Below are positions 18,801-27,026 of a stretch of DNA of 64,000 nt, in pieces; the stretch's first letter is position 1, and each line of letters starts with the position of its first letter. Below the pieces are notes generated by a model. The model searched no databases. It was not told the origin of the DNA and saw nothing but the letters and a program-made list of their open reading frames with translations. Source of the stretch: a virus (lineage: Duplodnaviria > Caudoviricetes); IMG/VR virus record IMGVR_UViG_3300028601_000030, positions 1-64,000 of that record, one strand, 5' to 3'. Both the position numbers and the translations under genes were made by a program.

Positions 18801-19397
18801 AATGGTTGGACATTTCCTCAGTTTTATGGTGATTGGTATGATTCATGTGGTCGTGCATTGTGGAAAAGCTCATTGCATTTGAACACGGCTGCTGGTATCA
18901 CACTTGAAGAACATTTGAAAGGCAAGGGAATCTATAGCCAAAATGAGTTTTTGGAACATTGCAAGTCTGCTGAAAACATTATGTGGCATGAACGCTTCAA
19001 GGTTTACACTGAGTGGAAAGAATCCATCAATGATTTTTATCTGAAAAATGGATATGTTGAAACACACATGGGATTTCGTTTCACAGGTATGATGGACAGA
19101 AAGCAAACTGCAAACTTTCCTATTCAAGGTACAGCGTTTCATCTTCTCCTGTTCTGCATAAACTTGATGATTAAAGAGAAGCAGAAACGTAAGTGGAAAT
19201 CACGTTTCATTGGACAAGTGCATGATAGTTGCATCATCGACCTTGTCCCAGAAGAACAAGATGAAATATTTGAGGTGTTCGATTATCATGTCCAGCACAC
19301 CATCCCCGAAACATTTAAATGGGCGAATGTTCCGTTTCGCATAGACAAAGAAGTGTCTCCTATCGACGGAACATTTGCACAATTGGAGGAATTATAA
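15807..19397 (+). CDS. polA: Family A DNA polymerase with N-terminal UDG-like domain, 3'-5' exonuclease and an intein (about 845 aa spliced)
   Basis: ExoI LDYETTG, ExoII HNKVFE, ExoIII YVGLDA; RS|SSADPNFQNIP; motif A EIDFSGME, motif B RFFVKNGWTFPQFYG, motif C QVHDS. Confidence 0.95.
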   Translation: MAKIHNFFSKSKDAVPMECAKCGMFNGCKNGRMKPAGLGEKKILVITDSPDAQADLKGTIAESSQYKFLHTELRKLGLNLYKDCWTVPAVRCYSERTPQKAQAMHCKPELEEDFKSLQPKHVFTFGNISLGTITDKYYSGIISENCMGDSIPIKEFGFYLHPFLDVPQIQATKKNKNYQSYVKRQLHKAIEFAKSGRGFINYTYDDPKNVEFLLDAKSVLDKLGELMDEKEIALDYETTGIKPHRDGHKITVVGLSTDDSAYAFPLDYQEYWNVDDWNDINDALADLIEAKKPKMIVHNKVFENLWSRFILEVDSFMDECTMIRQHVLDHRRKTKSLKYQIFRRWGIWGYDASMDRYIKAPDSNSMNKMDEAPLDDQLLYVGLDAYMTMKLHREQEKEFAGKKNLQQANKFFQESSNSMTVLQESGLNVDEKYYQEIEKELTRTITGLEKSISANEEAQRFRKLYKKKFDHNSPMNLKRLLFDQMGLESVKDTAKGGQAVDAEVLKELDIPIGNYILDLRKYLKLRDTYLSQFKREVVDGHIHPFFYLTTVTSYRSCIAGYEKVMVVRDFESEPEGIPIKDVKVGDLVYCFDDKLNPQIKKVLWQGKTGHREIIRVHYYRKGKRYYFDCTPEHKVRLIDGSYIEAQNLKPNDHVLACSRTGDYINFTGHLKHGHGFKEHRFIYEQLVGDLNSDEVIHHKNWNHFDHRPENLQKTTRSEHSKIHASVLSNLPERKELARQSMLKRWENNEFSPRFGEDNNSYVFIIRFACLRKLAENHGKLKLAAESIPMDFATFKNKISDYGLDWKTIKLRYDKNGKYISKARLQNLSHLGRSKVQRILGHNYYKLLELYKFYGLDLKRKWSNQFGEFVPGNHRITGIEHLHTSVDVYDIEVEDHHNFFVNEICVHNSSADPNFQNIPKRDKEAKNSIRSGIVPSKGNKLCEIDFSGMEVSTSATYHCDPNFINYLLDDSADMHRDNGCDIWMLEQDEMTPEIRFFVKNGWTFPQFYGDWYDSCGRALWKSSLHLNTAAGITLEEHLKGKGIYSQNEFLEHCKSAENIMWHERFKVYTEWKESINDFYLKNGYVETHMGFRFTGMMDRKQTANFPIQGTAFHLLLFCINLMIKEKQKRKWKSRFIGQVHDSCIIDLVPEEQDEIFEVFDYHVQHTIPETFKWANVPFRIDKEVSPIDGTFAQLEEL
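17475..18527 (+). mobile_element. Intein with HNH endonuclease in PolA (351 aa)
   Basis: Starts CIAGYEKV; CTPEHKV; HNH motif VIHHKNWNHFDHRPENLQKTTRSEHSKIH; ends VYDIEVEDHHNFFVNEICVHN followed by Ser. Confidence 0.95.
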
Positions 19398-19840
19398 TGC
19401 CTGATAGCAAATTACTGAACCTTCACTTGGCTGCCGCTATTGGTGGCCTTTCCTGTGTGTATGCTCGTCAACCCAAAGAACACACAAGGGTTGCACGTTT
19501 ATGTGGACAAATAATCAAAATACTTTATACCAAAGCAAACGTTCAGTTGCCAATGGTAGATGATTTTATTATGCTCAAGGCGCATTCAATTCTTCCAGAA
19601 ATTGAAGACAAATGCAACAAAGCCGTTGAGCGTACTGGAAAATCGGCTGATGTTGTTTTGTTGGCTCTGGTTTGTTTTTGTGTAGAGGAATTGCCCAACA
19701 ATCGCAAAATGAATGACGCTCTTTTTAAATTATTGGAGTGCTTCGAAAAACAGGAGGTGTTTGAAATTTCTACCGTTGAAACTGTAGAAGATATTTGGAA
19801 TTATTTGGTGGAAGCTATTTACGCAGAAAAAGGAGAATAG
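19397..19840 (+). CDS. Hypothetical protein
   Basis: TAATG overlap with polA; GGAGG RBS. Confidence 0.7.
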   Translation: MPDSKLLNLHLAAAIGGLSCVYARQPKEHTRVARLCGQIIKILYTKANVQLPMVDDFIMLKAHSILPEIEDKCNKAVERTGKSADVVLLALVCFCVEELPNNRKMNDALFKLLECFEKQEVFEISTVETVEDIWNYLVEAIYAEKGE

Positions 19841-19842
19841 GT

Positions 19843-20766
19843 ATGTCTGAACCACTGCACATTAAGTATCGTCCTAAGAAACTCGAAGATGTAGCTGGCA
19901 ACAAAGGTGCCGTTGCTACAGTGAAATCTTTCTTGGAAAGAGAATTGATTGACATGCCTCATTCATGGTTGTTCTCTGGTCCTTCGGGTACAGGCAAAAC
20001 AACCATTGCTCGAATCGTTGCCCATGAACTAGGTTGTTCCGACATTGACTTCATTGAATACAATTCTGGTTCAATGCGAGGTGTTGATTCAATACGGGAT
20101 ATTGAGCAGAAATCAAAACTTTCTCCGATGAAGGGTAAAGTTAAAGTTTACTTATTTGATGAAGTCCATAATTGGACGGCGGCGGCTCAGGAAGCTTCTT
20201 TGAAATTGTTGGAAGATGCCCCTAAAAATGTGTTTTTCTTTCTCGCTACAACGAACCCCGAAAAGCTACGTAAGGCAGTGCGTACTCGTTGTACGGACAT
20301 CGCTGTAAAGGCACTAAATACGAAGGACATATCTGCTTTAATCAGGCGTATCTGTGAAGAAGAAGGCATAGGTGATATGCCTAAAGAAGTGATTCAAAAG
20401 ATTGCTTCAAGTTGTGATGGTTCTCCTCGCGAAGCTGTTAAAATGCTTGACGCCGTTATTGACATTGAAGAGCTTGATGAAGCTCTCGAAGCAATCAGCG
20501 CCGTCTATACTGCCGAAACAGAAATCATTGACCTATGCCGGGCATTGACGCAGGGGCATTCTTGGAACAAAATTTCTCCGATACTCAAGAATTTAGAAGG
20601 TGACCCTGAAAACGCACGTAGAGCAATTCTTGGGTATTTTACAAAGGTGTTGTTAGATAAAGGTGATTTACGTATTGCTGAAATGATGGAGCAATTCGAA
20701 TCAAATTATTATGACACAGGCAAGGCTGGTCTGGTTTTGTCTTGTTTTGCGGCAACTCAAGTTTAG
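19843..20766 (+). CDS. Clamp loader AAA+ ATPase (DnaX/RFC-like)
   Basis: KYRPKKLEDVAGN, GPSGTGKTT, FDEVH, LLKLLED-like SLKLLED, LATTNPEKL, RTRC, GSPREA. Confidence 0.9.
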   Translation: MSEPLHIKYRPKKLEDVAGNKGAVATVKSFLERELIDMPHSWLFSGPSGTGKTTIARIVAHELGCSDIDFIEYNSGSMRGVDSIRDIEQKSKLSPMKGKVKVYLFDEVHNWTAAAQEASLKLLEDAPKNVFFFLATTNPEKLRKAVRTRCTDIAVKALNTKDISALIRRICEEEGIGDMPKEVIQKIASSCDGSPREAVKMLDAVIDIEELDEALEAISAVYTAETEIIDLCRALTQGHSWNKISPILKNLEGDPENARRAILGYFTKVLLDKGDLRIAEMMEQFESNYYDTGKAGLVLSCFAATQV

Positions 20767-20774
20767 GAGTTATC

Positions 20775-21374
20775 ATGTACAAATTCCCGAAAGCAAAATT
20801 TGCTGACGAAAACACTGTGGTTGAACAAATTGACCACTTGTATTCTGAAATAGAGGAATGTCTGCAAGCTTTAGATGAACAAAGTAAGGATCTATTTCAT
20901 CTTGCGGAAGAAATATTTGATGTTTCCCATTCGGCAGAAACAGCCCTCCGCATAATTGAGAGCTTAGAAGGTCCTGAATTTTTACGCAATGTCAAATATT
21001 TCGTAATTGCGAAGAATGCGGATCGTGGTTATTATCCTTCATGGGAAGTAGAACAAAAGCCGTCTTTGGATATAGATTTGACTGCGATTGAAAATGAGCA
21101 AAGAGTATTTGCCGGAATGCTGAAAGTAGTTATGGAGGAAATGTTTTCTTTCCTCCTTGAGAAAAATGCAAAGTATGGCAATTCTTGTTTAGAGCCTTTG
21201 CGGGTTTTTAGTAAATCTCCCACTGATGAACAAATCAATGTGCGTATGGATGACAAGCTAAGTCGTATTGCACAAGACCGGGTAGGTGATGATGAAGACC
21301 CTGAGTTGGATCTTCTTGGATATCTGCTGATTAAAAAAGTTTGGTCTAAACTGAACGGTGCTTACCATGGCTAA
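20775..21374 (+). CDS. Fusion of a MazG-like all-alpha domain and a DUF1599/Nmad1-like domain
   Basis: N-terminal HLYSEIEEC...EEIFDV; C-terminal KNAKYGNS...RMDDKLSRI...DLLGYLL. Confidence 0.6.
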   Translation: MYKFPKAKFADENTVVEQIDHLYSEIEECLQALDEQSKDLFHLAEEIFDVSHSAETALRIIESLEGPEFLRNVKYFVIAKNADRGYYPSWEVEQKPSLDIDLTAIENEQRVFAGMLKVVMEEMFSFLLEKNAKYGNSCLEPLRVFSKSPTDEQINVRMDDKLSRIAQDRVGDDEDPELDLLGYLLIKKVWSKLNGAYHG

Positions 21375-21888
21375 AAGACGAGACCCAGATGCTCCGACAA
21401 ATAAGATTCGCAGGCATCTGCACAAACACAAGAGAATAACTAGGGAAGAGATTGCAGCTTATGGATGGAAGACACAACCCGGTTTAGCAATTTCTTATTT
21501 GCGTTATAATGGATATAAACTGCCATTACGAATTACTCCTGAAGGTCGATATTGGGAAATGACCGGCTTTGAAAAGAAGCAGGTACAGCAAGGCGAAGAC
21601 CTTGGTCCAGAACTAGAGCGACACACAATCAATTGCCAAAACTGTGGGGTAACTTTTGTAGTTGGTGTATGGCCAGGAGACAAACCGAACAAGCATCAAT
21701 TTTGTTCGGGGTGCAGGTCTCATCCTATTGAAGGAAAAAGAGAAAAATATGTTCCTTCAAAAACTCCACCAACAATGCAATCTTTAAATATTTTGCCTTC
21801 TTCAGAAGTATATATCTATAAACCAGGTGATGATGGTTTTGATGAAATAGCTGCACAATGTACGCATATTTCGGAGATACAATATTAA
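21367..21888 (+). CDS. Hypothetical protein with wHTH-like N-terminus and zinc ribbon
   Basis: CQNCG...CSGC motif. Confidence 0.6.
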   Translation: MAKRRDPDAPTNKIRRHLHKHKRITREEIAAYGWKTQPGLAISYLRYNGYKLPLRITPEGRYWEMTGFEKKQVQQGEDLGPELERHTINCQNCGVTFVVGVWPGDKPNKHQFCSGCRSHPIEGKREKYVPSKTPPTMQSLNILPSSEVYIYKPGDDGFDEIAAQCTHISEIQY

Positions 21889-21899
21889 AAATATTTGTC

Positions 21900-21928
21900 T
21901 TGTTTTTTCTGTCGATTACATATAAGAT
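21900..21928 (+). promoter_or_regulatory. Possible sigma70-like promoter
   Basis: TTGTTT-17nt-TAAGAT in an AT-rich gap. Confidence 0.4.
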
Positions 21929-21960
21929 ATACGCACAAACAATCAGTATTGGGGGAGAAA

Positions 21961-22521
21961 ATGACAAAGCATTTTGACAATGATTATCCGTCACACACAT
22001 TTGATGGTAAGGAGGTGAACGAAGATGAAATAAACTTTGAAGAGGATTTATCTATTGACCAGTACGGCCTTGATTACGAGTGGATACGGCAAGCAAAGCT
22101 CATGCAGAAATACGCAGTTCTTTATGCGGATCTGTCCGCTGAAAAAGAAGAAGCAAAAGAATGGGTGCAGAGAGTTGATGCTGAGATTGACTTGGATGTA
22201 AGGTCAAATTATGAATCTTATGGATTCGAAACCAAACCTACTGAAGGGGCGATTAAATCCATAATCGCTAACGACAAGAAGCACCTTAAAGCCCAGAAAG
22301 AACTCATTGAAGTATCAAGACAGGTTCTTATTGTACAAGGTGCGAAGACTTCTATGGAACATAAGAAATCTGCTCTGGAGAGATTGTCTTCCCTGTATTT
22401 ATCAGGATACTGGGCTGATCCTAGAATTACAAAAGAAGCCAAAGACCATTACGAGGACGATATGCAATTTGCTCATAGGCAGTATTTAGCAAACAACGAA
22501 AGGATTAAGAAAAATGGCTAA
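21961..22521 (+). CDS. UvsY-like recombination mediator
   Basis: Helical protein LSIDQYGLDYEWIRQA...KPTEGAIKS...MEHKKSALERL upstream of SSB and RecA. Confidence 0.55.
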   Translation: MTKHFDNDYPSHTFDGKEVNEDEINFEEDLSIDQYGLDYEWIRQAKLMQKYAVLYADLSAEKEEAKEWVQRVDAEIDLDVRSNYESYGFETKPTEGAIKSIIANDKKHLKAQKELIEVSRQVLIVQGAKTSMEHKKSALERLSSLYLSGYWADPRITKEAKDHYEDDMQFAHRQYLANNERIKKNG

Positions 22522-23575
22522 GAAATCACGTTTCCGTTCAATGAAAGGTAACCCCACCGAAGACATGATTCGCCGCACTGAAGAATCAAAGAAGCGCGAA
22601 GGCGGAACAAACAAGTGGAATGACTACTTGAAAGATGATTTTGATGGTGAGAAATTCATCGCAAAGGAAGGTGAACATCTTCTTGATATTATTCCTTATA
22701 TCACTGGCACACAAGACCCGAAATTGGGTGAAGGCGAACGTGCGTATATGCTGGATGTGTACGTTCACCAGAAAGTAGGTATAAACGAAGATTCTGTATT
22801 GTGTCCTGCTTCAAACTATCGTGGTAAGAAGTGCCCGATTTGTGAACACCAAGCAAAGATGAAAAAAGCTGGCATCTTCTCTGAGGATGAAGTGAAAGCA
22901 CTCAACCCCAAACGTCGCGCTCTGTACAATGTCGTTTGCTACGACACAGCGGAAACCGAAGCAAAAGGTGTTCTTGTTTGGGAAGCTTCATATCATTTGA
23001 CAGAAAAAGAAATACTCCCGATTGCACGTAATCGTCGTGGTGGAGGATACATTCCGTTTGCTGACCCCGACAAAGGCAAATCTATCTCTTTCTTCCGTGA
23101 AGGTGCTGGTGCCGCTACGCGCTACAAAGGTTACACACTGCTCGACCGTGAAGAAGAAATTTCCGATGAAATTCTCGATGCCGCTTATTGCCTCGATGAA
23201 TTGCTCGATATAAAGAGCTATGAGGAAATTGAAGAACTGTTCCGTCCTACTGCACCTGAACTTGATGGCTCTGATACACCTGACCATGATAAAGACGAAG
23301 AAGAAGATCATGAGTATGAGCGTTCCCGTTCTCGTAAGCGTTCTAGTGCAAAGAAGGAAGACGAAGAAAAAGAAAAGCCTTCGAAGATAAGCCGCCGTTC
23401 TGCTCGCAAGGAAGAAAGTGAGGAAGAAGATGAGACGGAAAAACCGACCTTCGACAAAGACGATGAAATTCCTGACTACGGTCAAGAAGCGCCAGACGGG
23501 GAAGAAGAGGAAAATGAAGAAGAGGAAGAAGAAAAATCTCGAAGAAGCTCCTCACGTAGAAGTCGCCGCAAGTGA
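22514..23575 (+). CDS. Single-stranded DNA-binding protein (gp32-like)
   Basis: H...LCP...CPICE zinc motif; long acidic C-terminal tail. Confidence 0.8.
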   Translation: MAKKSRFRSMKGNPTEDMIRRTEESKKREGGTNKWNDYLKDDFDGEKFIAKEGEHLLDIIPYITGTQDPKLGEGERAYMLDVYVHQKVGINEDSVLCPASNYRGKKCPICEHQAKMKKAGIFSEDEVKALNPKRRALYNVVCYDTAETEAKGVLVWEASYHLTEKEILPIARNRRGGGYIPFADPDKGKSISFFREGAGAATRYKGYTLLDREEEISDEILDAAYCLDELLDIKSYEEIEELFRPTAPELDGSDTPDHDKDEEEDHEYERSRSRKRSSAKKEDEEKEKPSKISRRSARKEESEEEDETEKPTFDKDDEIPDYGQEAPDGEEEENEEEEEEKSRRSSSRRSRRK

Positions 23576-23594
23576 TTGAACATATCTAAAATAG

Positions 23595-23624
23595 AGCAGA
23601 GGAGAGCTTTCTCCTCTGCTTTTC
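23595..23624 (+). terminator. Probable intrinsic terminator
   Basis: AGCAGAGGAGA-GCTT-TCTCCTCTGCT followed by TTCT. Confidence 0.65.
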
Positions 23625-23727
23625 TATATCAGCACACATTTTACAAATAAAAATCAAATACACCGCGCGAGAATAGCGGGAATCGTTATTTCTTGTAGCC
23701 CACTTGCTCGATAGAAAGGTTTGCTCT

Positions 23728-26106
23728 ATGTTGAATCGTAGATCAAAAGGCGAAAATGATGCAGCAGTGGAAAACATTCAGAAAACTGAAAAGAAAATTC
23801 CTAAAGTTGCAGATAATTATGTATCGGTCGATAAAGACACTCTGCTTGTATCCACAGGCTCTACTCTACTTGATCTTGCTATTTCTGGTGGACGTGTTCG
23901 GGGTGGGGGAATCCCTGGTGGAATCATGTGCGAAATCTTTGGACAAAGTTCCGCCGGAAAATGTATTACAGGCAATACGCAAATATTAACGGATAAAGGG
24001 CAATATGCCATCGAAGACTTCTCTTCTGGGGAAGAGGGGTTTGTCGAACATCGGATGAAAATAGTTTCCGATTCTGGTATTGAAGATACTTCTCATTTCT
24101 ATGAAGAGGAATCTTCTGAAGTTATCCAAATAACAAATACTCTTGGTATGGATATAACTGGAACTCCAGAACATCCTATACTTTGTTATTGTGCTGGTGG
24201 TATATCTTTTAAAAAATTATCGGATATCCATATCGGTGATTTGACTTGTATCCCCAGAGAATTAGGAATTTTCCCAAAAGATAATTTCTATATTGCTTTT
24301 AAAGATCCAACAAGACAAACATCTGCAACGAGGACATTGGTGAATATTCCGGAAAAACTTACCCCAGAACTTTCTAGGCTACTTGGATACCTAGTAGCTA
24401 ACGGTTGTGGAAAGGATAATCTTATTGGGTTTTCATCGAAAAATAAGAAAATTCGAAAAGATGTAATATCCATTTGTTCTTCATTAGGAGTAGAATGCGG
24501 AAAACTAGAAAAGGGCAAAGATTTTGGTATTAAAGGAAGAGTTTTTCGAAATTTTATTGACTACTTGAATGGAGAACCTTTCCAAAAATCCAGAACAAAG
24601 AAAATACCAGTATCTGTTTTACAATCGAATAGAGAATGTCAACGCCAATTCCTTCTTGGTTTATTCGACTGTGATTCTTGGTATGATTATAACTGCACGT
24701 TTGAATATTATACGGCAAGTAAAATGTTAGCCGTACAAGTACAAACGATGCTCCAAAATTTTGGTATTTTATCTGTGCATGGTGAGAAATATTTGGAAGA
24801 ATATGAGCATACTTACCATTCTATTAAAATACCAGCGTGGGGGGTAGAAAAATTCTATGAGCTGTTCCCAGATTCCATTAAATATGAATGGCATAAAAGG
24901 GAATTTCAAAAGGATTTTAATCGACTACCAATTAATAATGAGCTTCGTAATTTAGTAGATTCTATAAGAAAGGAGTTGGGGGTAAAAAATAACGGTGCCT
25001 TTCTTTATAAAGGACTTAGTGGTCGTTTTCAATTATTAAAAGGTGTTCCAGATCAGTTTTCCAAACAATCGGATAATTACAATGCAAGACATCTTCCAAT
25101 CATTTTAAAAAATGCAAAAAAATTACCACAAGTAGATTCCGTAAAAAGTTTAATAAATTTTGTTACTCAACTTATTCCTTATTTCTTATCACCTGTAACA
25201 AAGGTTAAAGTAAAAAAAGAACCAACAATGGTTTACGATTTTACGATACCAGAAACACATAAATTCTTTAGTAATGGGTATATTTCTCATAACACAGCAA
25301 TCCTTACAGAAATAGCTGCATCTATTCAAGATAGAAAAGGTGATGTTTTCTTTGTTGATCCTGAAGCCCGCATAGATAAAGAGTACAGCAAGATTTACGG
25401 GTTTGAAATGAACAAAAATAATTATGCCCGTTGTGACACTGTTACCGAGACATTCGACCTTCTTGAAAAATGGGCACCTGAGAATCCAAACAAAATCAAT
25501 TTGTTTGCGGCGGATTCAATAGCAGCTCTTTCTACTGATATGGAGATGGGAGAAGGTGACAAGCGTGGACAAAGAAAAGCAAAAGAATTGTCCGAAGGTT
25601 GCCGGAAGACTGCTCGGCTTATTGCTCACAATAATAAGCTTGTCATTTTTACCAACCAAGAACGTGACGGAGAATATGGTAAAACAACCCCCGGCGGTCA
25701 TGCCATCCCGTATCACTGTTCGCTCAGGATGCGAGTCTCACGGAAGGGCAGAATCGAAAAGAAAAAGACGATTGCTTCAGGAAAGGCTGTCACTAAGACA
25801 ATCGGCATTGAGTCGGAGGTGCTGATTAGAAAATCTACCGTTGATGATGAATACAGAACAGCCCCTATTTTCATAATCTTTGGTGTAGGTATTGATGATG
25901 TCCGTGCAAATCTTCAGTACGTAAAAGACATGGAGAAGCTTACCAAATATTGGTGTGTTGACACTGAATATGTTTCCATGGACAAAGCTATCACGTACAT
26001 TGAAGACAACGATCTGGAAGAAGAATTACGTGAACGTGTGATTGATATTTGGGAAGAAGTTGAAGCCAAATTTACTATGGAACGCAAAAAGAAAAAGAGG
26101 TTTTGA
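23728..26106 (+). CDS. recA: RecA/UvsX-like recombinase with an intein (about 348 aa spliced)
   Basis: STGSTLLDLAI, GGIPGG, EIFGQSSAGK|T, FVDPEAR, DSIAAL, FTNQ, TTPGGHAIPYHCS. Confidence 0.93.
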   Translation: MLNRRSKGENDAAVENIQKTEKKIPKVADNYVSVDKDTLLVSTGSTLLDLAISGGRVRGGGIPGGIMCEIFGQSSAGKCITGNTQILTDKGQYAIEDFSSGEEGFVEHRMKIVSDSGIEDTSHFYEEESSEVIQITNTLGMDITGTPEHPILCYCAGGISFKKLSDIHIGDLTCIPRELGIFPKDNFYIAFKDPTRQTSATRTLVNIPEKLTPELSRLLGYLVANGCGKDNLIGFSSKNKKIRKDVISICSSLGVECGKLEKGKDFGIKGRVFRNFIDYLNGEPFQKSRTKKIPVSVLQSNRECQRQFLLGLFDCDSWYDYNCTFEYYTASKMLAVQVQTMLQNFGILSVHGEKYLEEYEHTYHSIKIPAWGVEKFYELFPDSIKYEWHKREFQKDFNRLPINNELRNLVDSIRKELGVKNNGAFLYKGLSGRFQLLKGVPDQFSKQSDNYNARHLPIILKNAKKLPQVDSVKSLINFVTQLIPYFLSPVTKVKVKKEPTMVYDFTIPETHKFFSNGYISHNTAILTEIAASIQDRKGDVFFVDPEARIDKEYSKIYGFEMNKNNYARCDTVTETFDLLEKWAPENPNKINLFAADSIAALSTDMEMGEGDKRGQRKAKELSEGCRKTARLIAHNNKLVIFTNQERDGEYGKTTPGGHAIPYHCSLRMRVSRKGRIEKKKTIASGKAVTKTIGIESEVLIRKSTVDDEYRTAPIFIIFGVGIDDVRANLQYVKDMEKLTKYWCVDTEYVSMDKAITYIEDNDLEEELRERVIDIWEEVEAKFTMERKKKKRF
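23962..25293 (+). mobile_element. Intein with LAGLIDADG endonuclease inserted in the RecA P-loop (444 aa)
   Basis: Starts CITGNTQI; ITGTPEHPI; LLGYLVANG and FLLGLFDCDS; ends VYDFTIPETHKFFSNGYISHN followed by Thr. Confidence 0.95.
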
Positions 26107-26107
26107 T

Positions 26108-26710
26108 ATGGAAGTTGTTACTCCTAAAATCTACATGCGTACACCAAATGTATTCTTTGAAAGAATGCTTGATCGCTTAGAAACAGCGGCACGGATTTGT
26201 TATAAGAGTGAAGATAAAATTGCCGATGGTACTGCTGAAAGTCTCATAGGCAAAATCATTCGTCTTGGACATGAATCTGTTCTGGAACATGAGTGTATTT
26301 CAGTACGAGTAGTTTGTGACCGTGGGATATCCCATGAAATTGTACGCCACAGGATTGCTTCGTACTCTCAGGAATCTACCCGCTATTGTGATTACGGTAA
26401 ATTTGGCATGCAAATCATTCATCCGCCCGGATTATGTGATGAACAACTCCGACGTAGAGAAGAACTTTTCTGGGCTGTTCAACGTGTATATGATGCGGAA
26501 CGTGATGAAGGTATTTCCCCGCAGATTGCACGTGGTGTACTTCCACATGCGTTAAAGACAGAGATTGTCATGACTTTGAATTTGCGTTCTTGGAGACATT
26601 TTCTTAAATTACGCACAGACAGTGGAGCACATCCACAAATTCGGGAGCTTGCAGAAGGAATGAAAACGATGTTCCAGAAAAAGATACCGCTTGTTTTTGA
26701 TGAAGTATAA
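26108..26710 (+). CDS. thyX: FAD-dependent thymidylate synthase
   Basis: AARICY, GHESVLEH, RHRIASYSQESTRY, ARGVLP, LRTDSGAHPQIR. Confidence 0.95.
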   Translation: MEVVTPKIYMRTPNVFFERMLDRLETAARICYKSEDKIADGTAESLIGKIIRLGHESVLEHECISVRVVCDRGISHEIVRHRIASYSQESTRYCDYGKFGMQIIHPPGLCDEQLRRREELFWAVQRVYDAERDEGISPQIARGVLPHALKTEIVMTLNLRSWRHFLKLRTDSGAHPQIRELAEGMKTMFQKKIPLVFDEV

Positions 26711-26712
26711 AT

Positions 26713-26763
26713 AAAAAAGGTCGGCCACCCAGGAGAAGTGTGATACGGGGGAAGTGGCCGACC
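26713..26763 (-). terminator. Minus-strand terminator-like hairpin with a large loop
   Basis: Plus strand AAAAAA-GGTCGGCCAC-25nt-GTGGCCGACC; the U-tract is on the minus strand. Confidence 0.5.
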
Positions 26764-26825
26764 AAAATCAAAACATGGCTATTCATATATAGCGCAATGT
26801 TCTTTATTGAACAAGGAGAAATATC

Positions 26826-27026
26826 ATGTCCGAGAAAAATAACATTGAATTTTCTGTGTCCATGACAAAAACGATTCAGGAAAAGCAGTTTGAACCTATG
26901 GTTATTTCTGCTTCCATGAAAATGGAAATACCCGAAGATCATGACATACAAGAAGAAGTTGATAGGGCTTTAGATTTTCTGGAAGAAACTATTGAAAAGA
27001 AATTCAAAAGTCGTGGGGTTATGTAA
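26826..27026 (+). CDS. Hypothetical protein
   Basis: AAGGAG RBS. Confidence 0.7.
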   Translation: MSEKNNIEFSVSMTKTIQEKQFEPMVISASMKMEIPEDHDIQEEVDRALDFLEETIEKKFKSRGVM

